Shown here: one piece after another, positions 8,133-18,328 of the stretch | How positions within the stretch are numbered: the first letter of the stretch is position 1 | Layout of the letters: every line of letters starts with the position of its first letter | Source: an uncultured Peptostreptococcaceae bacterium | Lineage (GTDB): Bacteria; Bacillota; Clostridia; Peptostreptococcales; BM714 | Direction of reading: 5' to 3' | Length of the DNA stretch: 64,000 nt | Assembly (NCBI GenBank): GCA_964512505.1 | Contig: CAZEHH010000001.1 | Coordinates: 51,391 to 115,390 of the forward strand | The notes under the pieces: generated by a model | Told to the model about the DNA's origin: nothing | The model's input: the letters and a program-made list of their open reading frames with translations, nothing else | The model's database searches: none | Position numbers and translations under genes: made by a program

Positions 8133-9149
8133 TCATTTTATTTTCATTGTCGTTTCCATCTCGTGTCTTTTTGAACGGGTCATCAGGTTATTTACTGATT
8201 TTTCCACATCATGATTTTCATAAAGGACACGATAAAGCTCATCGACAATCGGCATGTCGACTGAATATTTTTTTGCCAATTCAAATGCGGACTTTATTGT
8301 ATAGATTCCCTCTACCACCATTCCGATTTTTTCAACTGCGTCTTCCATTTTCATGCCTTCTCCAATAAGAATCCCGCATCTTCTGTTTCGGCTGTGCATG
8401 CTGGTGCATGTTACTATCAGATCCCCTATTCCGGTAAGTCCTGTGAATGTGTTTACGTCAGCTTTCATGGCTTCGCCCAATCTGGCAATTTCAACTATTC
8501 CCCTCGTCATCAAAGCGGCTTTGGCATTGTCTCCGTATCCCAACCCATCGCTGATCCCAGCTCCGAGCGCAATGACATTTTTCAGCGATGCTCCAATCTC
8601 GACACCGCAGACGTCAGTATTTGTATAGACTCTCAATCTGTCAGTTATAAAGAGGTCTTGAATCATTTCAGCCAATTCAAGTTCTTCGGAAGCCGCAACC
8701 AGTGTTGTTGGCATCTCTCTCGAAACTTCTTCCGCATGGGACGGTCCGCTGAGGGCTACGAAAGGATTGTCGGGAAAAAACTCTTTGACTACCTCCGACA
8801 TCCTCTTGAGGGTTCCTATTTCAATCCCTTTTGAAACATTCACTATGATTTTATTTTGCATCAATTCAGGTTTTATCTTTTCCAATGTGCTCCTGACGCC
8901 CTGTGAAGCAACAGCCAGAATTACAATTTCAGCAAGATCCAGACACTGCTCCATGTCATCGGTGAAAATGATTTTCTCGTCTATCTTTATTCCTGGAAGC
9001 GAAAATGCATTTTCCCTCGTTTTATTGATATTGTCCACATGTTCTGAAAGTCTGTCCCATACAGCAATTTCATGTCCTTTGCCGTTCAATGTTATGGCGA
9101 TTGCCGTTCCCCAACTTCCTGCACCCATTATCGCTATCTTTTTTTTCAT
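8133..9149 (-). CDS. gpsA: NAD(P)H-dependent glycerol-3-phosphate dehydrogenase
   Basis: 338 aa. MKKKIAIMGAGSWGTAIA Rossmann motif, GPSHAEEV and KNVIALGAGISDGLGYGDNAKAAL. Confidence 0.92.
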   Translation of the reverse strand: MKKKIAIMGAGSWGTAIAITLNGKGHEIAVWDRLSEHVDNINKTRENAFSLPGIKIDEKIIFTDDMEQCLDLAEIVILAVASQGVRSTLEKIKPELMQNKIIVNVSKGIEIGTLKRMSEVVKEFFPDNPFVALSGPSHAEEVSREMPTTLVAASEELELAEMIQDLFITDRLRVYTNTDVCGVEIGASLKNVIALGAGISDGLGYGDNAKAALMTRGIVEIARLGEAMKADVNTFTGLTGIGDLIVTCTSMHSRNRRCGILIGEGMKMEDAVEKIGMVVEGIYTIKSAFELAKKYSVDMPIVDELYRVLYENHDVEKSVNNLMTRSKRHEMETTMKIK

Positions 9150-9170
9150 AAAAACCTCCTTGTGATTCTT

Positions 9171-10496
9171 TTACATGCCTTTCCTTTTTTCCTTTACTTC
9201 AAATACCACAGGCGTTCCATCGAAACCGTAGGCTTCTCTGAGCTTGTTTTCAAGATATCGGATATAAGAAAAATGAGCAAGGTCTCTGCTGTTTACAAAC
9301 AATACGAACTTCGGCGGTTTTACGGAAACCTGAGTCATGTAATAAATTTTGAGCCTCTTTCCTTTGTCGGAAGGGGGTTGATTAAGCAAAACTGCTTCAT
9401 TCAACAAATCATTCAATGCGCCTGTTGAAACTCTTTTGCAGTATTCACTGTGAACGTAGTCAATCCGTTCAATCAATTTTTCGGTTCGTTTGCCGGTTTT
9501 CGCAGATATGAATATCATTGGCGCATAAGACAAGTAAGCCATTTCGTTTCTGATAAGCTTGACGAATTCATCATATGTCTTGTTGTTCTTTTCCACAACA
9601 TCCCATTTGTTCACTACTATTACCATGGCTCGTCCGGCTTCATGGGCATAGCCTGCAATTCGTTTGTCCTGTTCCGATATGCCTTCTTCGGCATCCAAAA
9701 CCAAAAAACATACATCCGCTCTTTCGATTGCGCTCAAAGATCTTATCACGCTGTATTTTTCCACATTTTCACTTATGCTTCTTCTTCTTCTTATTCCTGC
9801 TGTATCAATCAACACGTATTGCCTTCCGTTTTTTTCAAAAGGCGTATCGATTGCGTCTCTCGTTGTGCCCGATATATGGCTTACGATTACGCGCTCTTCG
9901 CCAAGTATACGATTGATAATGGATGATTTGCCGACATTGGGCTTTCCAATCAGCGCAACCTTTACCACATCCTCGTCATCTGCATAAGTAGACGGTTCGG
10001 GAAAATGACCAACTATGTCATCAAGCAAATCTCCAAGATTCAACCCATTGGCAGATGATATGGGCATTGGATTGCCAAGCCCCAAGGTATATGCATCCAG
10101 AACAGTATCATTGATTGATGTTATTTGGTCCACCTTGTTTACAACAACCAAAACCGGCTTTCTGGTTTTTCTGAGCATCTCGGCTATATATTCGTCTGTC
10201 GTAGTCAATCCTTCCCTGCCATCAAGCATAAATATTATGACATCAGCGGTTTCTATCGCCAACTCAGCCTGTTTCTTCATATTGTCCATTATGACGTCTT
10301 CATCGACAATCTCAATTCCTCCGGTGTCAATCATAATGAATTTATGGGTCAGCCATTCCGCTTCTATATAAATTCTATCTCTGGTGACCCCGGGCTTGTC
10401 TTCAACTATTGAAATTCTTCTACCTGCTATTTTATTAAAAAACGTCGATTTTCCCACATTGGGTCTTCCGACAATAGCCACTATTGGTTTTGTCAT
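9171..10496 (-). CDS. der: Ribosome biogenesis GTPase Der (EngA)
   Basis: 441 aa with two GTPase domains (GRPNVGKST and GKPNVGKSS) and a KH-like C-terminus. Confidence 0.95.
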   Translation of the reverse strand: MTKPIVAIVGRPNVGKSTFFNKIAGRRISIVEDKPGVTRDRIYIEAEWLTHKFIMIDTGGIEIVDEDVIMDNMKKQAELAIETADVIIFMLDGREGLTTTDEYIAEMLRKTRKPVLVVVNKVDQITSINDTVLDAYTLGLGNPMPISSANGLNLGDLLDDIVGHFPEPSTYADDEDVVKVALIGKPNVGKSSIINRILGEERVIVSHISGTTRDAIDTPFEKNGRQYVLIDTAGIRRRRSISENVEKYSVIRSLSAIERADVCFLVLDAEEGISEQDKRIAGYAHEAGRAMVIVVNKWDVVEKNNKTYDEFVKLIRNEMAYLSYAPMIFISAKTGKRTEKLIERIDYVHSEYCKRVSTGALNDLLNEAVLLNQPPSDKGKRLKIYYMTQVSVKPPKFVLFVNSRDLAHFSYIRYLENKLREAYGFDGTPVVFEVKEKRKGM

Positions 10497-10500
10497 TCGA

Positions 10501-11838
10501 TCAACTCCGATTCTTCAATTTGATAATCTTATCAACCAGCATAAATCCGTCAATCTCGACCGGAATTATCTTCTTCATTGAGCTTTTGCCTATTTCTTCA
10601 ATGTTCAAGTCATCAACTGTCAGTTTGGTTCCTTCCTTTATCATCGTTCCGGGGACAAGAACTGTTTCCGCTTCTATTCCATGTATCATTCTTGATAAAT
10701 CCTTCCCGCTGATGAGGCCTGCCACAGTTATGTCTTTCCCGAAAAATTCATTTTCAATTTTAACCACTTCTATTGAAAGTCCTTCAATGTTTCTTTCAAT
10801 AATTTTTGCCGTTTTCACTATGAAATCATATGAAAGCACGCCTGTAACCATCGCTATTTTTAAGCTTCCGGTTGATTCGTGCAATTTGTTCCCTAATGCA
10901 TCAATTATCTGCCTTTCAAATTTTCTGGCAATTCCAACGCCGTTTTCAATCTGCAAAAATCCTTCATAATCATCATAATCGGGAAATTCCTTTTCTGCGA
11001 TTATATAAAATTCATCTGAAAGGTATACGAATGATTTCCCGTATTTCCCTCTGTACTCTTTCTGTTTCGACTCGACAAGTTCTATCGTTTCCATTGCTTT
11101 TTCCTTGTCTACTTTTTCAAGTTTGAAAAGTCCTTTCCGAAACTTCGTCAAGCCTACGGGAACAATTGCTATGCTTTGCATATGGGGAAAAAAACGCTCG
11201 AGGTCATTCAAAGTGTTTTCAAGCGCTTTACCGTCGTTTATACCCGGACAAAGAACTATCTGCCCGTTCATCGATATATTATGGTCGGCGATGGCTTTTA
11301 TTTGTTTCATTATCTCTCCGGCGCGCTTGTTTCCCATCATTCGAATTCTTAGCTTCGGATCCGTGGCATGAACCGAAATATTTATTGGGGATATGTGGAG
11401 CTCAATTATTCTCTCGATGTCCCTTTCAGAAAGATTCGTAAATGTGGCAAAATTTCCGTGCAACACCGAAAGCCTGTAATCATCGTCCTTTACATACAAT
11501 GAGGATCTCATGCCTTCCGGCATTTGATCCACAAAACAAAACAAGCATTTATTATGACATCGCATTATATCATCCATGGTGGGGGAAATAAAAATAATAC
11601 CCAAATCTTCATCGTATTCTTTTTCTATTTCTATTTCCCATATTTCTCCATCGGCTTTCTCCACTTCAACCAAAAGATACTCATCATTTATCAAATAAAT
11701 ATAATCCAATATGTCTTTTACTTCTTTTCCGTTTATTTTTACAAGCCTGTCCCCTTTTTCAAGACCTGCTTCTTCTCCAATGCTGCCATTTTTTATTTGG
11801 TCAATCTTGCTGCATCGGATCCTATCGCATTTCCCCAT
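10501..11838 (-). CDS. PDZ + radical-SAM-like DUF512 protein
   Basis: 445 aa. An N-terminal PDZ-like region (GLEKGDRLVKINGKEV) is followed by the CHNKCLFCF cysteine motif. Sits in the conserved position upstream of der in Clostridia. Confidence 0.7.
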   Translation of the reverse strand: MGKCDRIRCSKIDQIKNGSIGEEAGLEKGDRLVKINGKEVKDILDYIYLINDEYLLVEVEKADGEIWEIEIEKEYDEDLGIIFISPTMDDIMRCHNKCLFCFVDQMPEGMRSSLYVKDDDYRLSVLHGNFATFTNLSERDIERIIELHISPINISVHATDPKLRIRMMGNKRAGEIMKQIKAIADHNISMNGQIVLCPGINDGKALENTLNDLERFFPHMQSIAIVPVGLTKFRKGLFKLEKVDKEKAMETIELVESKQKEYRGKYGKSFVYLSDEFYIIAEKEFPDYDDYEGFLQIENGVGIARKFERQIIDALGNKLHESTGSLKIAMVTGVLSYDFIVKTAKIIERNIEGLSIEVVKIENEFFGKDITVAGLISGKDLSRMIHGIEAETVLVPGTMIKEGTKLTVDDLNIEEIGKSSMKKIIPVEIDGFMLVDKIIKLKNRS

Positions 11839-11840
11839 TC

Positions 11841-12302
11841 CTATGCATCCTTTTCATTTAAAATTTTCTTCAATTCATCCATGAATGTATTTATGTCCTT
11901 GAATTGCCGGTAAACAGATGCAAATCGTACATATGCGACTTCATCAGTATCCTTTAGATATTGCATAACCAATTCTCCTATGTGTACAGACTCAATTTCC
12001 TTTTCCAATGAACTTTGAAGTTCCTTTTCCAATTCTTCAACAATATGCTCAATGGTTTGAAGGGAAACCGGTCTCTTTTCACAGGCTTTAATTATTCCAT
12101 TCCTTATCTTGTCGCGGTTGAACGTTTCCCTGCTCATGTCTTTTTTTACTACAACAAGAGGGATTTCTTCGATTTTTTCATACGTGGTGAATCTTCTCTT
12201 GCATTCGAGGCATTCACGCCTTCTCCTGATTGAATTTCCTTCGTCAGTAGGTCTTGAATCAATCACCTTTGTTTCACTGTTGCTGCAAAACGGACAATTC
12301 AT
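11841..12302 (-). CDS. nrdR: Transcriptional repressor NrdR
   Basis: 153 aa. Zinc ribbon [17 protein letters not shown]...[12 protein letters not shown] followed by an ATP-cone. Confidence 0.95.
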   Translation of the reverse strand: MNCPFCSNSETKVIDSRPTDEGNSIRRRRECLECKRRFTTYEKIEEIPLVVVKKDMSRETFNRDKIRNGIIKACEKRPVSLQTIEHIVEELEKELQSSLEKEIESVHIGELVMQYLKDTDEVAYVRFASVYRQFKDINTFMDELKKILNEKDA

Positions 12303-12326
12303 GAATTACCTCCTCTGCACAATAAT

Positions 12327-13517
12327 CTAATATTGCGTATTTCTCTTCGATCTGAGAAATGTCGGGATATCCAATACTTCGAATCCGTCATTTTTCTCAT
12401 TTTTGAAATCGGCTTCATCCGGCTGGGCCGGTTTTTCTTCTCTGTCAATCAAAACTTCTTCATTTGAATCCGATTCACTCGAAGCTTCAATTTCCGTTTC
12501 ATCTTGCTTTTGGTTTTTCTCTTCTGTTTCCTCTTCAAGGAGAGGCTCTGCTGCAAGGCCCATATATTTTTCAAACCCGGTAGCTATTACGGTTATCCTT
12601 ATTTCATCTTTCATGTCATCGTCGATTACCGCACCAAAAATAATATTTGCATCGGAATCGGCTGCTTCCGAAACCAGTTCCGCAGCTTCATTTATTTCAA
12701 ACAATCCAAGATCCGTTCCACCTGTTATGTTAAGCAACACACCCTTCGATCCATTGATTGTAGTTTCAAGCAAAGGACTCTGTATTGCCATTTGTGCCGC
12801 TTCTCTTGCTCTGTTCTCTCCGGCAGCCTTGCCGATTCCCATATGCGCCAATCCTTTTTCATACATGATGGTTTTCACATCGGCGAAATCAAGATTGACA
12901 AGTCCCGGTATCGATATGAGGTCCGAAATGCCTTGGACACCTTGCCTCAGTACGTCGTCGGCTACTTGGAATGCCTGCATTATTGAAGCCTTCTTCTCTA
13001 CTACTTGCAGCAAACGATCGTTTGGAATTGTCACAAGGGTGTCTACCGTTTCGCCCAGGCTTTCTATCCCGATTTCTGCGTGTTGCCTTCTGACCTTGCC
13101 TTCAAATCCAAAAGGTTTTGTGACCACTCCAACAGTCAAAATTCCCATTTCCTTGGCGATTTCCGCAACTATGGGAGCCGCTCCGGTCCCTGTACCGCCT
13201 CCCATTCCGGCTGTAACAAAAACCATATCCGCTCCGTTTAGAGCCTGCCTTATTTCATCCCGGCTTTCCTCAGCCGATTTTTTCCCTATTTCAGGATTTG
13301 CGCCTGCGCCCAAACCTTTTGTTATTTTTTCACCTATCTGTATTTTAAATTCCGCCTTTGATGAGAACAGGGCTTGCTTGTCCGTGTTCACAGCAATGAA
13401 CTGCACGCCTTTTAAATTTGCGTCAATCATCCTGTTTACAGCATTGTTTCCTCCACCGCCTACTCCTACAACTTTTATTTGTGCAAATCTTTCTATATCA
13501 GTATCAAATTCCAACAT
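12327..13517 (-). CDS. ftsZ: Cell division protein FtsZ
   Basis: Motifs [15 protein letters not shown] and GGTGTGAAP, with C-terminal peptide DIPTFLR. The start is placed at ATG 13517 (MLEFDTD...), behind AAGGGGGA. The ORF-track start at 13559 adds 14 unsupported residues. Confidence 0.95.
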   Translation of the reverse strand: MLEFDTDIERFAQIKVVGVGGGGNNAVNRMIDANLKGVQFIAVNTDKQALFSSKAEFKIQIGEKITKGLGAGANPEIGKKSAEESRDEIRQALNGADMVFVTAGMGGGTGTGAAPIVAEIAKEMGILTVGVVTKPFGFEGKVRRQHAEIGIESLGETVDTLVTIPNDRLLQVVEKKASIMQAFQVADDVLRQGVQGISDLISIPGLVNLDFADVKTIMYEKGLAHMGIGKAAGENRAREAAQMAIQSPLLETTINGSKGVLLNITGGTDLGLFEINEAAELVSEAADSDANIIFGAVIDDDMKDEIRITVIATGFEKYMGLAAEPLLEEETEEKNQKQDETEIEASSESDSNEEVLIDREEKPAQPDEADFKNEKNDGFEVLDIPTFLRSKRNTQY

Positions 13518-13604
13518 GTTGAAATCCCCCTTATTGACATTATAATTGCATAATAACACCGTTCATTTACTATTGATTGTAACATAAAAGCATGTACATT
13601 TCTC

Positions 13605-13943
13605 TCATTCTCGCAATTTTGATATGAAGTATCTCCTTATGTAGGCAAAGTTTTCAAACAATCTTACGCCGAATGCAACAATAGCAGCATAATAAAGCGG
13701 AACACCAAGCTGATCTCCAATATAGGCAAGCATTCCCGCCAAAAACGCATTGCCGAAAAATCCGGTTGTAAAAATAACAGTATCGAACTTATTCTCAAGG
13801 TTTGCACGAACAGCCCCGAATATCGAATCGAATGCCGCTATTATGGAAATCGAAAGGTATAGAGAATATTGTGCCGGGAATGTTATCGGTAAATAAAAAC
13901 CTATTCCCAATCCGACTATTATTCCAATCAATGCAATAATCAT
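13605..13943 (-). CDS. sbp: Small basic protein Sbp (DUF1290)
   Basis: 112 aa with strong resemblance to B. subtilis Sbp (...AFGVRLFENFAYIRR...). ATGA overlap with the upstream DUF881 gene. Confidence 0.8.
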   Translation of the reverse strand: MIIALIGIIVGLGIGFYLPITFPAQYSLYLSISIIAAFDSIFGAVRANLENKFDTVIFTTGFFGNAFLAGMLAYIGDQLGVPLYYAAIVAFGVRLFENFAYIRRYFISKLRE

Positions 13944-14677
13944 GGCTTCTCGCTCCTTTCAATAACTTTCAAGTATTTGTATTCAATCTGTTCTTCATAT
14001 GCCGGCACAGTTATGCTCACGCTCGTATTCGCTTCCACAAACAGACCCACTTGCTTCAATAAATTGCCGTACGTTCCAGGAGCTTTTATTGCGGCCTGCA
14101 AATAATCCGGGTTCCCTATCGCTTTAATTATATAAGGTTGCGAATAAACACGGTCATTTATCTTTATGGTTGGTCCTGCACAATTTATTTCGCTTATTGA
14201 AACCACCCTTTGCCCATTTAGAGAAATGGCTTCGGCCCCGGAAATCTTCAAATCGTTTACTATATTCAAAACGTCTATGTCATGAACAAGTAAATTGTTG
14301 GGATCCTCTCCTTCAATCAATTCCCTGTCTCCGTCGCTCAATATTACAAGCACTCCCGGCCCCTCAAGCGCCAGCAAGCCTGCTGATGCCTTGTATTCGT
14401 CGAGTTCGTTTTTCAGAGCCTTCCCGACATTGCCTTCCGCCTGTTCCCCTTTGAAATATTCTATTTTTTCATTTGTTTCGTTTAAAAGATTCCTTATCGA
14501 CTGAATTTCAACCTGTTCTTTTTCAATCACTTTCTTATAATCGTTTATGACCTTGAATGGCACTATTCTGTATTCTCCGGATGTGTTGTTCAGTGTGAAA
14601 GCCATAAGCAATCCCACTATGCATGCCATCATGAATATATAAAATTTGTTGCCCATTCTCTTAAGCCTCCGCCTCAT
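13940..14677 (-). CDS. DUF881 domain protein (YlxW/YlxX-like)
   Basis: TM segment, coiled coil and LEGPGVLVILSDG motif. The start is placed at ATG 14677 (GGTGGA RBS, immediately after the preceding stop). The track start at 14698 lacks an RBS. Confidence 0.75.
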   Translation of the reverse strand: MRRRLKRMGNKFYIFMMACIVGLLMAFTLNNTSGEYRIVPFKVINDYKKVIEKEQVEIQSIRNLLNETNEKIEYFKGEQAEGNVGKALKNELDEYKASAGLLALEGPGVLVILSDGDRELIEGEDPNNLLVHDIDVLNIVNDLKISGAEAISLNGQRVVSISEINCAGPTIKINDRVYSQPYIIKAIGNPDYLQAAIKAPGTYGNLLKQVGLFVEANTSVSITVPAYEEQIEYKYLKVIERSEKP

Positions 14678-14678
14678 G

Positions 14679-15410
14679 TCATTCCACCGGTTCGGCATAT
14701 CGGAATTTTATAACATCCTTGTATTTTTCAATGATTATATTCTCAAACTTCTTGATGCCGACTTGGAGCTTGTAATTCTCACGCATTTCCCAAACTATTC
14801 CATACCTTATGTTAAGCGCCGCCTCAAGGGTGTCCGAATTGCCTATTGCTTTTACCACAAACGGCGGTGCTGTAGGAACATTGTTTATGTTTAAATTATT
14901 ACCAGCCAGATGTATTTCAGTCATTGCTATGATTCTTTGATTGTTGACAGATATTGCTTCCGCGCCTGCCGCATTCATTATATTGATCATTGAAAGAATC
15001 AAATCGTAATTGTACATTATTACGCTTCCTCCCTCGCCTGAATAATCCATTTCAGCAGAAGGATCCTCAATTGCCACCTGTATGCCTTCACCCTCTACAT
15101 CTTCAAATCCGGCGATGACCCTGAATTTCAAGATTTCTTCGTTAAGGCTCTTTATGACGGCGCTTTCTTTTGATTCCGATTCTTTGATGTCTCTAAGTTC
15201 AGTCTCGTAGAATTCAAGCTGTTCCTGCAAATTTTCTTTTTCTGCCATGGTTCTGCTCAATTCGTTTTCCAGCTGAATCGCTCTTTGGCTTGGGAAAAGG
15301 CTTTCCAGATAATCATTGTTTACAGCCTTGTACTGGATCGAAAATACAATGCCAAGCACCACACTTACCAAACCGATGATAATATTTGTTTTAAGATTGA
15401 ATTTGCTCAT
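14679..15410 (-). CDS. DUF881 domain protein (second paralogue)
   Basis: TM segment, coiled coil and EGEGIQVAIEDP motif. The start is placed at ATG 15410 (MSKFNLK...), behind AGGAGTGG. The track start at 15455 overlaps ftsQ by 35 nt. Confidence 0.75.
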   Translation of the reverse strand: MSKFNLKTNIIIGLVSVVLGIVFSIQYKAVNNDYLESLFPSQRAIQLENELSRTMAEKENLQEQLEFYETELRDIKESESKESAVIKSLNEEILKFRVIAGFEDVEGEGIQVAIEDPSAEMDYSGEGGSVIMYNYDLILSMINIMNAAGAEAISVNNQRIIAMTEIHLAGNNLNINNVPTAPPFVVKAIGNSDTLEAALNIRYGIVWEMRENYKLQVGIKKFENIIIEKYKDVIKFRYAEPVE

Positions 15411-15420
15411 TTGACCACTC

Positions 15421-16149
15421 CTATTGAATCGGGTAATATACAGGACTGTTTTCATATCTCATGTTTATTATACCTCTATTGATATTCTTGATGCTTAAAT
15501 CCTGTAAAATTAATTTCATTTTACCCAATTTATTTTCTATGGGATCATCCAGAGAACCAAAATCAACAAGAAAATCCTTATGTATCTGTAAAATCAAGTG
15601 ATTGTCTTCAATCGATACGAAATCCGCGCTTTCTTCCATGTCGCTTTTCAAGAATTTAGCAAGCATGATTATATTTTCAAGAAGTTCATAGTCTTCAGTA
15701 ACTAAGATGGAATTGATTTCGAATCTTTCGAATTCCAAACCCTTCACCAAAAGGTAATTGCCATTTGGCCCATTTGCCGCAAAAGTTTCGAATCCCATAA
15801 CATAACCGTCAGATGATATTCCTATCGCCCCATTCATATATTCAACTTGCACTATTTTCTCTCTGGGAACAATTTCCATTGTTATTGAATCCGGTAAATT
15901 TCGTCTTAGCGTGGCGGATTTTATTGCCGGATCTTCCTCTATGAATTTTTCCACTTTTTCGGCCTTAATCAAAAAAATATTTTTACCCAGTATGGATTCA
16001 GATATGTACGCATCGTCAACGTACTTTCCGTTTGAAGATATTGTGCAATCTTCAATAATAAATATGTTTGTCATAAAAACAGCTGAAATAACGCCTGCTA
16101 TAAGAATCGCAATGCATAGTGCTGTCCTAAATACTTTTTTACGCTTCAC
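15421..16149 (-). CDS. ftsQ: Cell division protein FtsQ/DivIB (POTRA)
   Basis: 242 aa. N-terminal TM segment, a POTRA-like region (IEDCTISSNGKYVDDAYI...), and the conserved position between murG and the DUF881 genes. GTG start overlapping the murG stop. Confidence 0.75.
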   Translation of the reverse strand: MKRKKVFRTALCIAILIAGVISAVFMTNIFIIEDCTISSNGKYVDDAYISESILGKNIFLIKAEKVEKFIEEDPAIKSATLRRNLPDSITMEIVPREKIVQVEYMNGAIGISSDGYVMGFETFAANGPNGNYLLVKGLEFERFEINSILVTEDYELLENIIMLAKFLKSDMEESADFVSIEDNHLILQIHKDFLVDFGSLDDPIENKLGKMKLILQDLSIKNINRGIINMRYENSPVYYPIQ

Positions 16150-17225
16150 AGATTCATCATCCTGTCCACTATAGATTTTGTCGCATCGCTTTTCTTGTAG
16201 GGATATGCCCGTTTCTCCATAAGCTCGATTCTATCCTTGCTTTCGTATAGTTCCAACAATGCATCAGCCAAATTTCGCCCTGTGAGTTCTTTTTCTTCCA
16301 TCATTAATGCGCAACCTGATTTCTTCAATGCCGAGGCATTGTGAAATTGATGGTTTCCCGTCACATTCGGCGAAGGTATCAGAATCGACGGTTTTCCCAA
16401 TTTCAATATTTCGGCAACAGTAATTGCCCCGGCTCTCGAAACTACAATGTCTGATGCGGCCATATGAATTGCCATTTCAGAGATGTACGGACAAATTTCG
16501 TTATTGCTTCCGCACTCGAAACCCGACATGAATTTGTCAAAATACCGTTTGCCTGTAATATGCGTAAAGTATATTTCTTCATCTTTTAAGATTGTCATGC
16601 TTTCCTTTATCCTGTCATTCAATACGGAAGCCCCTCCGCTTCCCCCCATGCTAAGCACCCTGAACTGTTCCAATGGCAAACCCAATATTTTTCTGGCTTC
16701 ATTTTTTTCGATTCCATAGAATTCTTTCCTGACTGGATTACCGGTGTAGTGGACTCTTTTTTTTCGAACGAAATAGTTTTCAGATGATTCGAATCCAGTC
16801 ATTATTTCGGTAACCGACAAACCCAATAGTTTATTGGTCAAACCCGGATAGGCATTTTGCTCATGGATGCATGTCTTAAGTCCCTTAAGCGACGATAAAA
16901 ACACCATTGGACCTGAAACGTATCCTCCCGTCCCTATTACAAGTTCAGGTTTGAATTCCTTCAATATGCCCATGCATTGCCGCAGTCCCCTAAAACCTGC
17001 GTAAGCAACTTTGATGTTTTCAAGTATTTTCCTTCTGTTTATTCCTGCAGCATCGATTATTTTCAATTCATAGCCGGATTCCGGCACAACCCTGCTTTCA
17101 ATTCCCCTTTCGGTTCCTACGAAAATTATTTCAGCATCGGGATTTCTTTTTTTGATTTCATCGGCTATTGATAAAGCCGGATATACATGACCTCCGGTTC
17201 CTCCGCCTGTAACAATTATCTTCAT
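16146..17225 (-). CDS. murG: Undecaprenyldiphospho-muramoylpentapeptide beta-N-acetylglucosaminyltransferase
   Basis: 359 aa. MKIIVTGGGTGGHVYPALSIA and SRAGAITVAEI motifs. Confidence 0.95.
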   Translation of the reverse strand: MKIIVTGGGTGGHVYPALSIADEIKKRNPDAEIIFVGTERGIESRVVPESGYELKIIDAAGINRRKILENIKVAYAGFRGLRQCMGILKEFKPELVIGTGGYVSGPMVFLSSLKGLKTCIHEQNAYPGLTNKLLGLSVTEIMTGFESSENYFVRKKRVHYTGNPVRKEFYGIEKNEARKILGLPLEQFRVLSMGGSGGASVLNDRIKESMTILKDEEIYFTHITGKRYFDKFMSGFECGSNNEICPYISEMAIHMAASDIVVSRAGAITVAEILKLGKPSILIPSPNVTGNHQFHNASALKKSGCALMMEEKELTGRNLADALLELYESKDRIELMEKRAYPYKKSDATKSIVDRMMNL

Positions 17226-17227
17226 TT

Positions 17228-18325
17228 TTAAGCCCTCGTCCCTTGCATTGAAATATTCATCAGTATACCCATTTCCGTCATAAGAATAATCATCGAACTA
17301 CCTCCATAACTTATAAATGGCAGTGGAATTCCTGTAACCGGCATTGAGGAAGTTGCAACCGCAATGTTTATGATTACTTGAAAAGCCAACATCGACATAA
17401 TCCCCGTAGCCAAAAGAGTACCGAAAAGATCCGGCGCCTTTTTTGCGATTTTGACTCCCTTCAATATCAATGCCATATAGAGTCCCAAAACTATCAAGCA
17501 CCCCACAAGGCCCAATTCCTCACCTATTGTAGCAAAAATGAAATCATTTTGCGGTTCGGGTATGTATAGTTTGTTTTGCATTCCCTGTCCAAGCCCTACG
17601 CCAAGCAAGCCTCCGGAACCCAATGCATACAGGGATTGAATGACTTGGTACCCGCTCTTTGCGGCATCGGCAAAAGGGTCCTTGAAACTCAAAAATCTGG
17701 CATATCTGTATGTGCTGCTTTTCACAAAATATGCAGCAGCCGCAATTCCTATCACCACGATTGCAGCAAGATGCCTCCACAACATTCCTGCAACGAAAAG
17801 CATAGCGAATGCAATCAATATTATTATGACCGAAGTCGACATGTTAGGCTGCTTGATGATCAAAGCCGAATATACTGCAGCCATTGCCAGATACGGCAAA
17901 ACCCCTTCCATGAATCGACCGATTTTCTTGTTTGTCCTGGAAAGGCTGTTCGCTAAAAATACAATGATGCACAGTTTTGCCACCTCTGACGGCTGAAAGC
18001 GGAATCCGGCTATTTCAAGCCATCTGCTTGCATGGTTGATTTCAATCCCAAATGATGTCAGAACCATTATCAACAACGCAAGACCTATGAAATATGCAAA
18101 AGGCGCCACTTTCGCTATCAAATGATAATCCATCATCATTGTAACAAACATTATCGCAAGCCCCAGAACAACCCAAATAATATCTTTGATCAGAAAATAA
18201 TAAATGTTGTCCATTTTATCCAGTGCGTAGTAGTAGCTCGAGCTGAACACCATTATCACTCCGATGATAACCAAGACAAGAATCAAGGTCAACAGGTACG
18301 CATCGATTCTGTTTTTTGATTTCAT
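17228..18325 (-). CDS. ftsW: SEDS-family peptidoglycan polymerase FtsW/SpoVE
   Basis: 365 aa, polytopic, with motifs RFQPSEVAKL and PLPFISYGGSS. Confidence 0.9.
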   Translation of the reverse strand: MKSKNRIDAYLLTLILVLVIIGVIMVFSSSYYYALDKMDNIYYFLIKDIIWVVLGLAIMFVTMMMDYHLIAKVAPFAYFIGLALLIMVLTSFGIEINHASRWLEIAGFRFQPSEVAKLCIIVFLANSLSRTNKKIGRFMEGVLPYLAMAAVYSALIIKQPNMSTSVIIILIAFAMLFVAGMLWRHLAAIVVIGIAAAAYFVKSSTYRYARFLSFKDPFADAAKSGYQVIQSLYALGSGGLLGVGLGQGMQNKLYIPEPQNDFIFATIGEELGLVGCLIVLGLYMALILKGVKIAKKAPDLFGTLLATGIMSMLAFQVIINIAVATSSMPVTGIPLPFISYGGSSMIILMTEMGILMNISMQGTRA

Positions 18326-18328
18326 AAA

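Noticed and set aside
12403-13545. 380-aa plus-strand ORF covering almost all of ftsZ in antisense
   Set aside because: Its translation is low-complexity (Ser/Ala/Pro/Ile-rich) with no RBS or recognisable domain. It mirrors the Gly/Ala/Val-rich codons of ftsZ, which has unambiguous FtsZ motifs. This is a classic shadow ORF.
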